NCBI GenBank assembly: GCA_029856145.1
Contig: JAHQWK010000029.1
Span: 1-64,000 of the forward strand
Origin: Promethearchaeia archaeon
GTDB taxonomy: Archaea; Asgardarchaeota; Lokiarchaeia; Sigyniarchaeales; SOKP01
DNA: 64,000 bases
Direction: 5' to 3'
Positions within the stretch are counted from its first letter, which is position 1; the number at the start of each line of letters is the position of its first letter. The translations under genes were made by a program, and so were the position numbers. The notes below the pieces were generated by a model. The model was not told the origin of the DNA. It ran no database searches and saw nothing but the letters and a program-made list of their open reading frames with translations. Shown here in pieces: positions 28,712 through 38,764 of this stretch.

Positions 28712-30283
28712 TTGAAATTTAAAACAGATTTTTTAATTATTGGAAGTGGGATTTCTGGGCTTTCGCTTGCATTATATCTATCGAAATTAGTGCCAAAAGT
28801 AAAATTATTATTAATAACAAAAGAATCTTTACACGAAAGTAGTACTTACCATGCTCAAGGGGGAATTGCATGTGTATGGAATAATAACGATAGTTTTGAA
28901 AAACATGTTCAAGATACTTTAATTGCTGGAGATGGATTATGTAATGAAACTGTTGTAAGAAACATAATAAATAAAGCACCCGACAGAATTAATGATCTAA
29001 TAGATTTAGGAATAAATTTTACACGAAATGAAAATGGGGAATACGATTTAGGAAAAGAGGGGGGTCACTCAGAAAGAAGAATTCTTCATGTGAATGACCA
29101 GACTGGCCAAAGTGTAGAGCAAATACTTATAGAACATGTAAAAAAATTAAATAATATTGAAATCAGAGAAAACTGGTGTGCAGTTAATCTCTATGTCAAA
29201 AATTTAAAATGCCACGGAGCATATATTTTAGAGCAAGACTCAGAGGAGATCCACAACATTGCAGCAAAAGCCACTATTTTAGCTACTGGTGGAGCAGGAA
29301 AGATTTATTTATATACCACAAATCCTGATATAATCTCGGGAGATGGTATTGCAATGGCTTATAGAGCAGGTGCTATGATATCAAATCTGGAATTCTATCA
29401 ATTTCATCCCACATGTTTATATCATCCGTACGCAAAATCATTCTTAATTACTGAAGCTATGCGAGGAGAAGGAGCAATTTTGAAAGATATTAGAGGGAAT
29501 GAATTTATGGAAAATTATCATCCTCAAAAAGATTTAGCACCACGTGATATTGTTTCAAGAGCTATTGATGCAGAATTAAAGAAATCTGGTGACGATTATG
29601 TTTACTTAGATATTGCATCCTATAGAGATTCCACTTTTATTAAGGATCACTATCCTGGTATATATGAAAAATGCTTAGAATTTAATATCGACATTACAAA
29701 AGAACTAATTCCAATAGTCCCCGCTGCTCATTATTGTTGCGGTGGTGTAGTGGCAGGTATTGATGGTTCAACAGAAATAAAAAATCTATTTGTTATTGGA
29801 GAAGCTGCATGTACAGGTTTTCATGGAAGCAACAGATTAGCTTCTAACTCATTACTTGAAGGTTTAGTTAGTGCCTATGAGTGTGCAAGTTATTTTTCAA
29901 AACACATTTCTGAGTTAAAAATTAAGGATTTTCCTGAATGGGAGCCTGGAAATGCGGTTCCCTCTTCAGAAGCTGTAGTTATAACGCAGAATTGGGATGA
30001 AATCCGTACGTTGATGCAAAATTTTGTAGGAATTGTAAGATCAGATATGCGATTAAAAAGAGCTCTTAAAAGAATGAATATTTTTTCAGAAGAAATTGAT
30101 TACTACTATTGGAATTATAAAGTTGAAAAAAATTTAGTAGAATTAAGAAATTTGTCAATGGTTGCAGAGCTCTTAATTAGGTGCGCATTATCTCGAAAAG
30201 AAAGTAGAGGTACTCATTTTAATCAAAATCATCCTCATAAATTAGAATTAGCAAGAAATTCCTATATTAAAAGACCTTGGTAA
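28712..30283 (+). CDS. nadB: L-aspartate oxidase
   Basis: IIGSGISG, AQGGIA, EGGHSERRILH, QFHPT, EAMRGEG, LAPRDIV, HGSNRLASNSLLE, ESRG.H. Confidence 0.93.
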   Translation: MKFKTDFLIIGSGISGLSLALYLSKLVPKVKLLLITKESLHESSTYHAQGGIACVWNNNDSFEKHVQDTLIAGDGLCNETVVRNIINKAPDRINDLIDLGINFTRNENGEYDLGKEGGHSERRILHVNDQTGQSVEQILIEHVKKLNNIEIRENWCAVNLYVKNLKCHGAYILEQDSEEIHNIAAKATILATGGAGKIYLYTTNPDIISGDGIAMAYRAGAMISNLEFYQFHPTCLYHPYAKSFLITEAMRGEGAILKDIRGNEFMENYHPQKDLAPRDIVSRAIDAELKKSGDDYVYLDIASYRDSTFIKDHYPGIYEKCLEFNIDITKELIPIVPAAHYCCGGVVAGIDGSTEIKNLFVIGEAACTGFHGSNRLASNSLLEGLVSAYECASYFSKHISELKIKDFPEWEPGNAVPSSEAVVITQNWDEIRTLMQNFVGIVRSDMRLKRALKRMNIFSEEIDYYYWNYKVEKNLVELRNLSMVAELLIRCALSRKESRGTHFNQNHPHKLELARNSYIKRPW

Positions 30284-30334
30284 GAATGAGGTGCTTTTTG
30301 TTCCTATAATTTTAAATGGTTACTCTCATTAATA

Positions 30335-31618
30335 TTGATAAGTCCTAATCTATCAAGCATTATGAATGTCTATCGCCCTTTTAAGAATAAACTTGAAAAT
30401 CTTTCAGAAGATCAGCAATTTGGAGTAATAATTTCATTTGAAGATCTCTCAAATCGAGAAAAATTCAAAAAAAAATATAACCAATTAAAAATTTTAGGTA
30501 AAACTGATTTTATTCCTTCAATTTTGGTTAATTTAGATAAAGAACAAATTAATAATTACGAAAAAGAAGAATTAATAAAAAATATTGAAGAAAATCAAAA
30601 TCTTTACCCCGCAATGTTAGATGTAATTGAAATTTTAGAACTAGACGAGTATAAGAACTCTGAAATCTCATATTCAGGAAAAAATATAAAGGTTGGAATC
30701 GTTGATAATGGAATAAATAGAAAATTATCGGCAATTTCTAATATTTCTCTGAAAAAATATACGATGTATGAAAAAGAAAAAATTGTAAAAGAGAAAGACG
30801 GAAAAAGTGAGATCACCCATGCAACAATAATGGCAAGTATAATTAGCAATAGATTTGAGAGTAGTGATAGAAAATATATCGGAATTGCTCCAAATGTTAG
30901 TATTTTTGATTTTGATATTTCAAATTCTACTCAAGAATACTCTTTTTATCATATTTTAAATGTTTTTGATAAAATTGACAAGGAAAAAATTAATCTTGAT
31001 ATTCTTTTCATTTCTTTAACTACAAAAAACTCATCTGATGGTAAAGATCTTTTATCCTTAGCTTGTGATTTATTAGCAGAGAAAGAAATTATAGTAATTT
31101 GTCCTGCAGGAAATTATGGCCCAAATCCCTATACCGTAGGAAGCCCGGGTGCTGCTAAAAAAGTTATAACAATTGGTGCTCTTACTAAAGACCTTGACGT
31201 AGCAAATTTTAGTGGAAGAGGTCCCACTCTTGACGAGAGAACAAAACCAGATTTATGTTTCCCTGGTTCTAATATTATAGTGCCGATAACTAATAATTTG
31301 AGGCTAAAAGTTTCAGGTAGTAGTGTTTCTGCAGCAATATGTGTAGGAATAATTGCATTAGTTAAAGAATATGATCCAAGTATTTCTTATGATGGTCTAA
31401 TGGATATGTTAAATGACTCAAGTGTAGATTTACAGTATAAGAAGAACGCTCAAGGTTTAGGAACGGTTAAAGTATCGCATCTGTTTACTAAACTGGATTT
31501 GTTTCATGAAAAATTAGTACCTTATAATTATTTAATAAAGAAATCTTTAAAAATATCTATTGAATTTTTAATTTTACTTATAATATTATTTTATTTTTTC
31601 TATTTTTTTAGAATATAA
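30335..31618 (+). CDS. S8 (subtilisin-like) peptidase with propeptide and C-terminal TM anchor
   Basis: IVDNG (Asp), THAT (His), PAGN (oxyanion), FSGRGP..D..KPD, SGSSV (Ser); hydrophobic C-terminus. Confidence 0.8.
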   Translation: MISPNLSSIMNVYRPFKNKLENLSEDQQFGVIISFEDLSNREKFKKKYNQLKILGKTDFIPSILVNLDKEQINNYEKEELIKNIEENQNLYPAMLDVIEILELDEYKNSEISYSGKNIKVGIVDNGINRKLSAISNISLKKYTMYEKEKIVKEKDGKSEITHATIMASIISNRFESSDRKYIGIAPNVSIFDFDISNSTQEYSFYHILNVFDKIDKEKINLDILFISLTTKNSSDGKDLLSLACDLLAEKEIIVICPAGNYGPNPYTVGSPGAAKKVITIGALTKDLDVANFSGRGPTLDERTKPDLCFPGSNIIVPITNNLRLKVSGSSVSAAICVGIIALVKEYDPSISYDGLMDMLNDSSVDLQYKKNAQGLGTVKVSHLFTKLDLFHEKLVPYNYLIKKSLKISIEFLILLIILFYFFYFFRI

Positions 31619-31638
31619 TCAGTCTTATTCAAATTTTT

Positions 31639-33141
31639 ATGGTATTTGCTTTGAGAAATTACGATGTTATTCTCATTCATCCACCTCGATTGTTAGAATC
31701 AAATAAAGATAAAAATTCCAAATTCATTCGAGGTTCTTATATTTTTATTCCAATGGGTGTTTTTGCTATTGCAGATTACCTTGAAAAAGAAGGTTTTGGA
31801 GTTAAAATAATAAATTTTCCATTAGAGCAATACTTAAATCACGAATGGTCATTGACAGGCTTTCTTAAAAATATAAATTTTAAGATATGTGGAATAGATT
31901 TACACTGGCTCCATAATGCGCATGGTGCTATAGAAGTTGTTAAAATAGTAAAAGAAGTAAATCCTAACAGTAAAGTGATTTTTGGAGGTTATAGTGCTTC
32001 ATATTACCATGATCAACTTCTAAAATATTATAAAGAAATTGATGGAGTAATCAGAGGAGAAGGTGAAGTTCCTCTTTTAAGATATGCTCAAATGATTCAA
32101 AAAAATCAACGTCTTGATTCTGTACCAAATTTATCTTATCGAAATTCTTCTAAACAAATAAAAATTAATCCCATTACCTATACAGCAAAGAATTTAGATG
32201 ATTTAGTCTTTACAAATGTATCTCTTCTAAAAAATGCGGAACAATATTTAAATCATAGTAGAAGGCTTATGGGTATCGCATATAATCTTTCTATTGGAAG
32301 AGGTTGCCCATTTAATTGTCCTTTTTGTGGAGGAGGTCAGAGAGCTCAACAATATTTAACAGGTAGAAATAACGTTATCTTCAGAAGTCCAGAAAAAGTA
32401 ATAGAAGATATGAGTATCATACTTGATAATTATAAAGTTCCGAGTTTCTTCTTTGGACATGGTACATATTCTGCAAGTTTAAAATATTGGAAAAATTTAT
32501 TTGCGTTAATTCAAAAAGAAAAATTTGATATTGGGGGAGATTTAGAGATATGGAGGTTACCTTTTCCTAAAGAAATGTGGAGAATATTTCATAAGACATT
32601 TCATCGTAAATATTCATCAATTAGCGTTTCTCCCCGAACATTATCTCCCAAGGTTCAAGATAGAATAGCTAAAATTTGTGATCCGACCTTTAAATTTCCT
32701 ATAAACCAAATTAATGATCTAATAAAGAATGCAAATTTATATCAACGGACATTAAGAATTTGGTTAACAGCGGGTTATCCATTCCAAACACGTTCAGATA
32801 TATTAAAAGATTTTATTTATGCAATGAAATGTCTTTTTAAATATGGAAAATCTAATTTCAAACCTATATCAATATATAATGAACCTTTTTATATTTTCCC
32901 CGGATCTCCAGCTCATAGATTTCCTGATAAATTTGGGATAACTTTAAAAGATAATTCTTTTCTACAAGTTGCTGAAGCTTTTAAAAACAGTAAAATCTCT
33001 TTTTTATATAATGTAGTAAATTATGATACAGAACATTTATCGGGAACATCTATTCGCAGTATGAATAAACTTTTTTTTTTAAGTACTTTTCTTATGTTTT
33101 TTACAATAGGATCCAACATTTCTGAGGTTAGAAATGAATAA
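31639..33141 (+). CDS. Cobalamin-binding radical SAM protein
   Basis: PMGVFAIADYL, GIDLHW, GGYSAS, GEGE, GRGCPFNCPFC. Confidence 0.87.
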   Translation: MVFALRNYDVILIHPPRLLESNKDKNSKFIRGSYIFIPMGVFAIADYLEKEGFGVKIINFPLEQYLNHEWSLTGFLKNINFKICGIDLHWLHNAHGAIEVVKIVKEVNPNSKVIFGGYSASYYHDQLLKYYKEIDGVIRGEGEVPLLRYAQMIQKNQRLDSVPNLSYRNSSKQIKINPITYTAKNLDDLVFTNVSLLKNAEQYLNHSRRLMGIAYNLSIGRGCPFNCPFCGGGQRAQQYLTGRNNVIFRSPEKVIEDMSIILDNYKVPSFFFGHGTYSASLKYWKNLFALIQKEKFDIGGDLEIWRLPFPKEMWRIFHKTFHRKYSSISVSPRTLSPKVQDRIAKICDPTFKFPINQINDLIKNANLYQRTLRIWLTAGYPFQTRSDILKDFIYAMKCLFKYGKSNFKPISIYNEPFYIFPGSPAHRFPDKFGITLKDNSFLQVAEAFKNSKISFLYNVVNYDTEHLSGTSIRSMNKLFFLSTFLMFFTIGSNISEVRNE

Positions 33142-33388
33142 GGAAAAAATAAAAAAATTATAATAATTTCTTATTTTCTTCATTTGATTTTTTAGATCTA
33201 TTTTCCGGAGAGTGTTTTAGTATCTGAGGGATTGCCTTATACATAGTTACATTAAGTAAGTTCTTTTCCTAATTCAATTCGTAATTTTTAAATATAAGTT
33301 AAATTTATTTTTAAAATTGAAAATTATTAGTTTAATAACTAGGATATGAAATATTTAATACTGAAGTTATTAATTCTTAAATTGTAGT

Positions 33389-34129
33389 ATGACTCAAAAT
33401 GAACTACTTCATGTAATAATAGATAATAGAGAACAGAAGTTAAAGACATTATTAGATAAAAAAAGTGATATAATAACCTACGAATCAAAACAATTAGATA
33501 TTGCAGATGTTGTCATTTCGAGTGAGGTCGCTATAGAAAGAAAAGAAGGATTTGATTTTGTTTCCTCAATAATGGATAATAGATTATTTGAGCAATTACT
33601 CCGTTTGAAAGACACGTATGAATATCCAATTTTGATTTTAGAAGGATTAAATAATGAAGTATTTGAGAATACCGGTATGAATATCTCATCAATTTATGGA
33701 GCGCTTTCTTTTATTTCATATAAATTGGGAATTTCGGTGATTCCCACCAGAAATTTAGAAGATACAGCAATAGTAATTGAAAGAATTGCTTATAGAGAAC
33801 AAGTAAAAGATAGCGCACTAATTTTTTCAAGAAAAGCTCCCAAAAATTTGTCTAAAAGAGAGAGAAGGTCTTTTATTATAGAAGGATTAGTTGATATTGG
33901 TCCTAAAAAAGCAAAAGCATTAATTGATAAATTTAAAAATCCATATCAAGTTTTCAAAGCAATAAAACGAACAGAAATTCTATATACAAAAACAGGAAAT
34001 CCCAAAGGTATTAGAGGCCCTCTAGCAGATCTTACTGGATTTGGTTGGAAATTTGTGGAAAAAAATCAAAGACTTCTTTTTGGGAAAAAGAAAAAAAGCC
34101 CTCAAAAGCGAATTAATGATGAATATTAA
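33389..34129 (+). CDS. xpf: Short XPF/ERCC4 structure-specific endonuclease with HhH
   Basis: IDNRE, IADVVIS, IERK..FDFVSSI.D.RL.EQ, IGPKKA HhH. Confidence 0.85.
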   Translation: MTQNELLHVIIDNREQKLKTLLDKKSDIITYESKQLDIADVVISSEVAIERKEGFDFVSSIMDNRLFEQLLRLKDTYEYPILILEGLNNEVFENTGMNISSIYGALSFISYKLGISVIPTRNLEDTAIVIERIAYREQVKDSALIFSRKAPKNLSKRERRSFIIEGLVDIGPKKAKALIDKFKNPYQVFKAIKRTEILYTKTGNPKGIRGPLADLTGFGWKFVEKNQRLLFGKKKKSPQKRINDEY

Positions 34130-34253
34130 CTTCTAATAAGATAAAACCAATACGCCTTTTAAATTCTTAATTATTTTTTTTAAAAATTAATTCATTTAAG
34201 TTTGCATATAATAGTTTTATATACAATTAGAACGTCTTTTTAATATAACAAAG

Positions 34254-35816
34254 GTGAATATAATGACTGAAGAAAAGAAATATGGACTTATTGTAATTGG
34301 CGGAGGAATGACAGGTCTAAGTACAGCTCTTACGTGGGCATTAAATCACGATACTAAAAAAGATCCAGTTCTTCTAATAGAAAAAGAACCAAAAACTGGA
34401 GGTTACGTTACTTCTTATGAACGCGAAGGTTTTTTATTTGATACATGTCAAATGATTCCAAATATTTCTGATATCTTAGATTATCTTGGAATAGAGATTG
34501 AATTAAAGAAATTTAAGGGCTATTATATGCGGATTTTCATTGTAGATCCTAAAACTGGTGAAAAAAAAGTACTAGAATTACCCTCTGGTGTTGAGACTTT
34601 TAAAAAGCAATTAATGGAACAATATCCTAATAATGCGAAACAAATCGAGGATTTTTTAGATTATTCTCGTGCTATGTATTTAGAACTTTATAACTTGAAA
34701 GTAGAACCCACCGTTTCTGAAATTTTTAAAACACTACGTAAATGTCCTAAGATTGTGAAAAATTCCTCTAAAACGTTCAAAGAATATTTTGAAAAATTCG
34801 AAATAACAGAACAGGAAGTAAAAGAAATTTTCAATGTATTCGCAGAGTTTAGTGCTCTTCCCTCAGAAGAAGTCTCAGCGATCGTACCAATTTCCGCAAT
34901 GAATTCTTTATTAGATGGTGCTTTTCGTCCTACGAAAGGATTTATTGAGTTTACTAAAAAAATTGAGGATAGATTTAAAAGTTTGGGAGGAGATTTGCTT
35001 TTGAACACAAAAGTAGATAAAATACTAGTAGAAGAAGGTAAGGTACAAGGAATAAAATTAAAGAATGGAAATGAAATCTATTCTGATTATGTAGTTACTA
35101 CTTGTGATCCTAAAGTAGCAATGATTGATATGGTAGGATTAGATATAATTCGAGAACTCAATAAAAAATATGCAAAAAAAGTAGAAGAGGTAAAGATGTC
35201 TTGTTCTTCAATGAATTTAAGTATTGGAGTAGATGACGACATAGATCTTGAAGCTTTAGGATTGGATTGTGGATACAATGTCATAACTACAGGAGGAGAT
35301 TCATATGATAGATTATTTGATGCTTATGAAAAAGGCGAAATTGGATTTAATAATAATAGATTCCATTTAGGAGTAATATGTCCTTCATTGACAACTGGAG
35401 GAAAACCAAATTTGACTGTTAGAATTACACCTGTACCTTTAGGAAATTGGTTGGAATTGCGTGAAAAAGACACTGAAGAATACAAAAAAGAAAAACTTAG
35501 ATGGGCAGAATTTTTTATAGATAAAGTCGAGAAATATTTAATTCCAGATTTGAGGAAGCACATTAAAGTATTAGATATTTCTACACCCGCCACATACGCT
35601 CGATATTCAGGTTCACCCACAGGTTCAGTTTACGATATGGCCCCCTATACAAATAATTTCGGAAGAACAAGACTAAAAATGAGGACTCCTATAGAAGGTT
35701 TATTTCAACCTAAATTCGTTCATGGAGTTTTTGGATGCTTGCTTGCTGGTATACAGGTTAACGATATGATTTTAGATGGAAAAATTATGAACGGTTACGC
35801 TCGTTATAAGCCCTAA
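34254..35816 (+). CDS. Phytoene desaturase-like FAD-dependent oxidoreductase
   Basis: VIGGGMTGL, EK..KTGGY...Y.REGFLFD, STPATY.RY....GSVY, TPIEGLF. Confidence 0.85.
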   Translation: MNIMTEEKKYGLIVIGGGMTGLSTALTWALNHDTKKDPVLLIEKEPKTGGYVTSYEREGFLFDTCQMIPNISDILDYLGIEIELKKFKGYYMRIFIVDPKTGEKKVLELPSGVETFKKQLMEQYPNNAKQIEDFLDYSRAMYLELYNLKVEPTVSEIFKTLRKCPKIVKNSSKTFKEYFEKFEITEQEVKEIFNVFAEFSALPSEEVSAIVPISAMNSLLDGAFRPTKGFIEFTKKIEDRFKSLGGDLLLNTKVDKILVEEGKVQGIKLKNGNEIYSDYVVTTCDPKVAMIDMVGLDIIRELNKKYAKKVEEVKMSCSSMNLSIGVDDDIDLEALGLDCGYNVITTGGDSYDRLFDAYEKGEIGFNNNRFHLGVICPSLTTGGKPNLTVRITPVPLGNWLELREKDTEEYKKEKLRWAEFFIDKVEKYLIPDLRKHIKVLDISTPATYARYSGSPTGSVYDMAPYTNNFGRTRLKMRTPIEGLFQPKFVHGVFGCLLAGIQVNDMILDGKIMNGYARYKP

Positions 35817-35914
35817 TTCTTTTATTTTATTAATATTCTATTTTTTTTTACCTCTTTGAAAAAGAGACTCTAATCTAAAAGCTTTTACCTTAAGAAAATT
35901 TTGAAATCTTATAT

Positions 35915-36682
35915 ATGATCATATATCTCTCATTAATCGCAATATTTTTCTCAAGTATGGTTTATGGAATTATTGGATTTGGTGATGCCTTAATTTTAAT
36001 ACCTATTATAACGCCAATAATAGGAATTAGAAATGCTGTAATATTAGTAAACATTTGGGGAACTTTTCCTGCTTTACTCAATTTTATTAAATATCGAAAA
36101 CTCTTAGATAAGGGTTATTTTTTCCGATTTCTATCATTGGGTATTCCTGCAACAATTCTAGGAACTTTTCTAATTATAAATATACGAGTCGAATGGATAG
36201 AGTTAATATTGGGATGTTTTATCTTTTTATATTCTTCTTTAAAACTCATTAACTATTTTAAGAATCCTGATACTATTGAAATAAAAAATCAATTAAATAC
36301 AACGCATCCACTTATTTTTCTTGGTGGTTTCTCGTATGGGTTGTTAACTGGATTAATTAGCGCAGCAGGACCAATAAATGTCGCATTATTAGAAAAAACT
36401 GGACATTATCGAGAAAGTTTTATTGAAAATTTTGCTGCTATTGGAACTGTGTTGGCTATTTCAAGAATCCCGTTTTATTTTACCGAAAATATTTTTCCTT
36501 ACGAGCTATTTTTAGTTTTTCTACTAGCATTCCCTATTATATTCCTTGGAACTAAACTAGGTCATAAAATTACCCCTAAAATACCAGTTAAAAAATTTCA
36601 AATTATTATATTCTTCTTTCTCTTAGGAATTAGTTTAAAATCGATTATTACCTCTAGCATCATCTTACTTAGTTTATATTAA
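35915..36682 (+). CDS. Sulfite exporter TauE/SafE family membrane protein
   Basis: GIIGFGDALILIP and GLLTGLISAAGP repeats, about 8 TMs. Confidence 0.85.
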   Translation: MIIYLSLIAIFFSSMVYGIIGFGDALILIPIITPIIGIRNAVILVNIWGTFPALLNFIKYRKLLDKGYFFRFLSLGIPATILGTFLIINIRVEWIELILGCFIFLYSSLKLINYFKNPDTIEIKNQLNTTHPLIFLGGFSYGLLTGLISAAGPINVALLEKTGHYRESFIENFAAIGTVLAISRIPFYFTENIFPYELFLVFLLAFPIIFLGTKLGHKITPKIPVKKFQIIIFFFLLGISLKSIITSSIILLSLY

Positions 36683-36762
36683 TTAAAAAAGTGTAGAAAT
36701 TTGGGGACATTTAACTTGCATTTTACATAATATTAAAAATTAATTTTACTAAAAAATTCAAT

Positions 36763-37290
36763 ATGAAATCTAAAAATAGAGATAATATTATTCTCATTTA
36801 CTTCTTAATTTCTCTTATTTCAATCGTATTTGCATTCTATTATATCAGTCAATACTATGGGCCGCTATTTAGAGATCCAATCTATGTATTAGTAAACTTA
36901 ATCGGATCACTTTTTATTGTAGTAATAATTGAATTTGTTGTTATATATGGATTTCTAAGATCACTTGATTTAAATAATAAAGATTTATTTCTTTCTGTTT
37001 TAATAGTTAATCTTGCAATATTTCTTCCCATTCAAATAGTTGCTTATCTTTTCTTGGCATTCTATATTATTTTTTATCCTTTCTATATATTGGCAATCTT
37101 TATTATAGGCCTTTGCTTGGAATGGTTATTATATCGTTTTGAATTTCAAAAACTCTTAGAAAAAAAATCATTAAACAAGGAAATATCCCCCAAAAAAATA
37201 ATATTGATATCAGTATTAGCTAATTTGGCTTCTGGGGTTCTTACTAATATTTATCCTGGTCTTATCCTATTAATAGCATTTGCTAAATAG
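36763..37290 (+). CDS. Multi-pass membrane protein
   Basis: About 5 TMs, internal repeat IIE...SV.IVNL / LE...SV.ANL. Confidence 0.7.
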   Translation: MKSKNRDNIILIYFLISLISIVFAFYYISQYYGPLFRDPIYVLVNLIGSLFIVVIIEFVVIYGFLRSLDLNNKDLFLSVLIVNLAIFLPIQIVAYLFLAFYIIFYPFYILAIFIIGLCLEWLLYRFEFQKLLEKKSLNKEISPKKIILISVLANLASGVLTNIYPGLILLIAFAK

Positions 37291-37390
37291 CCGGGATTAT
37301 ATCCTTAATTTACAGTACAATTTCTTTATTAAAAGAATTGGATTTGAATATAAAGAAAAAAGAAAATAAGAATATAAATTTTTAATTTAA

Positions 37391-38650
37391 TTATAGAAGT
37401 CCTGTATACCTCTGAATTTGATGTTGAATTAAAAGAAGTTGTATATTTCTTGCACCACCAATTACTTCTTCAATTTTACTTACATCAACTAATTCATCTA
37501 CGGGAGTATTGTCGGTAACGCTAACACCTCCCATATGCTGCTGCACTTCATAGCAAACTTCGTGTGCAAGTTTAGCTAAATAATATTTACCTTGAGAAGA
37601 AATTGACGCAACCCATTTTTCTGCCTCTTTAGAAGGTTTTTCTGTAAATAAAATTCTCTCATCGAATACTGTTGCGGCTTGAAGAGCTAAAGCAGTTGCG
37701 GCATTAGTTTTTGTTAATAAATCCGCTAATCCATATCCAACCCCTTGATATCTGATTACAGGTTTTCCAAATTGTTTCCTTAAATTGGTATAAATAATAC
37801 CATAAATTAATCCCGCCCAGCAAATTCCTACACCACTGCCCATTATAGAAAGCCTTTCGGGAACTAAACCTTCAAAAAGTCTTTTATATCCAAGTCCATC
37901 ATCTGCAAGTACATATTCATGAGGTACTAAGACGTTATCTAGTATTGTATGTGCAATCTGCACTCTTGGCACAGAGTTAATTTTTAACCGTTCAGTTCTT
38001 ACACCAAATTCACGAGCTATAATAGCTTGCACCATAGTGTCTCTTGGATTTCCTTCATCATAAACCCCATAACATGCAAAATAGTCAGCAACAGCTCCAT
38101 TAGTTGTATAAACTTTCTCTCCGTTAAATATTACGCCATCATCCGTTTTTGTACATTTAGTCGTTAAATTTACAGCATCAGAACCTCTTTCAGGCTCAGT
38201 AATGCCTATACAACCAATTTTTTGTCCTGATAAAAGCTCATCTTGCACTTTTGAGGGTATATCAGATTTTCCTCCATGTTCATAATAATGAAAAGTAGGA
38301 TTTCCACATAATATCCCAGTTGCCAATCGTGCAAGTTCTAATTGAGGGTCTAACAACGAGAGATGAGTGCCTAATAATATTTCTTTTTTCATCCCATATG
38401 GTTTAAAGTCTTTCCAGGGATTAATTCTTTGAATATATCCACGTTTTCCAAGTTCGGGAAGTAAACCATATACATCCTTTGATTTATCAATATTTGGGTG
38501 TAAATCTAAGCTGAATTCTTGAAGTTCTTGACAATACTCTCGTTCCTCTTCATTTAACATTGGAAAAACGTTATCATTAAAGATTTTGAAGACATTTTCC
38601 AATGACATCTTTTCAAGAATATTATCATCTATAATTTTCTCTTGGAACAT
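37391..38650 (-). CDS. Acyl-CoA dehydrogenase
   Basis: ITEPERGSDA, NGEKVYTTNG, RKQFGKP...YQGV, QHMGG, IGGARNIQ. Confidence 0.92.
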   Translation of the reverse strand: MFQEKIIDDNILEKMSLENVFKIFNDNVFPMLNEEEREYCQELQEFSLDLHPNIDKSKDVYGLLPELGKRGYIQRINPWKDFKPYGMKKEILLGTHLSLLDPQLELARLATGILCGNPTFHYYEHGGKSDIPSKVQDELLSGQKIGCIGITEPERGSDAVNLTTKCTKTDDGVIFNGEKVYTTNGAVADYFACYGVYDEGNPRDTMVQAIIAREFGVRTERLKINSVPRVQIAHTILDNVLVPHEYVLADDGLGYKRLFEGLVPERLSIMGSGVGICWAGLIYGIIYTNLRKQFGKPVIRYQGVGYGLADLLTKTNAATALALQAATVFDERILFTEKPSKEAEKWVASISSQGKYYLAKLAHEVCYEVQQHMGGVSVTDNTPVDELVDVSKIEEVIGGARNIQLLLIQHQIQRYTGLL

Positions 38651-38764
38651 TTTTTCGTCAATTTAATTTGTAATTTTAATAATTTGAAAGTATTTATATT
38701 AATTAATCTAAATTTTTTATTACAATTAAATTTTTGAATTTAAAATGGAGTTAGAAAGAATTCT

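Noticed and set aside
31639-33141. Radical SAM protein as the activase of the glycyl radical enzyme
   Set aside because: It has a B12-binding class architecture, not a PFL-activase type, and lies 20 kb away
33158-33244. 28-aa minus-strand ORF (MYKAIPQILKHSPENRS...) as a precursor peptide
   Set aside because: Short, opposite strand, no RBS and no recognisable motif
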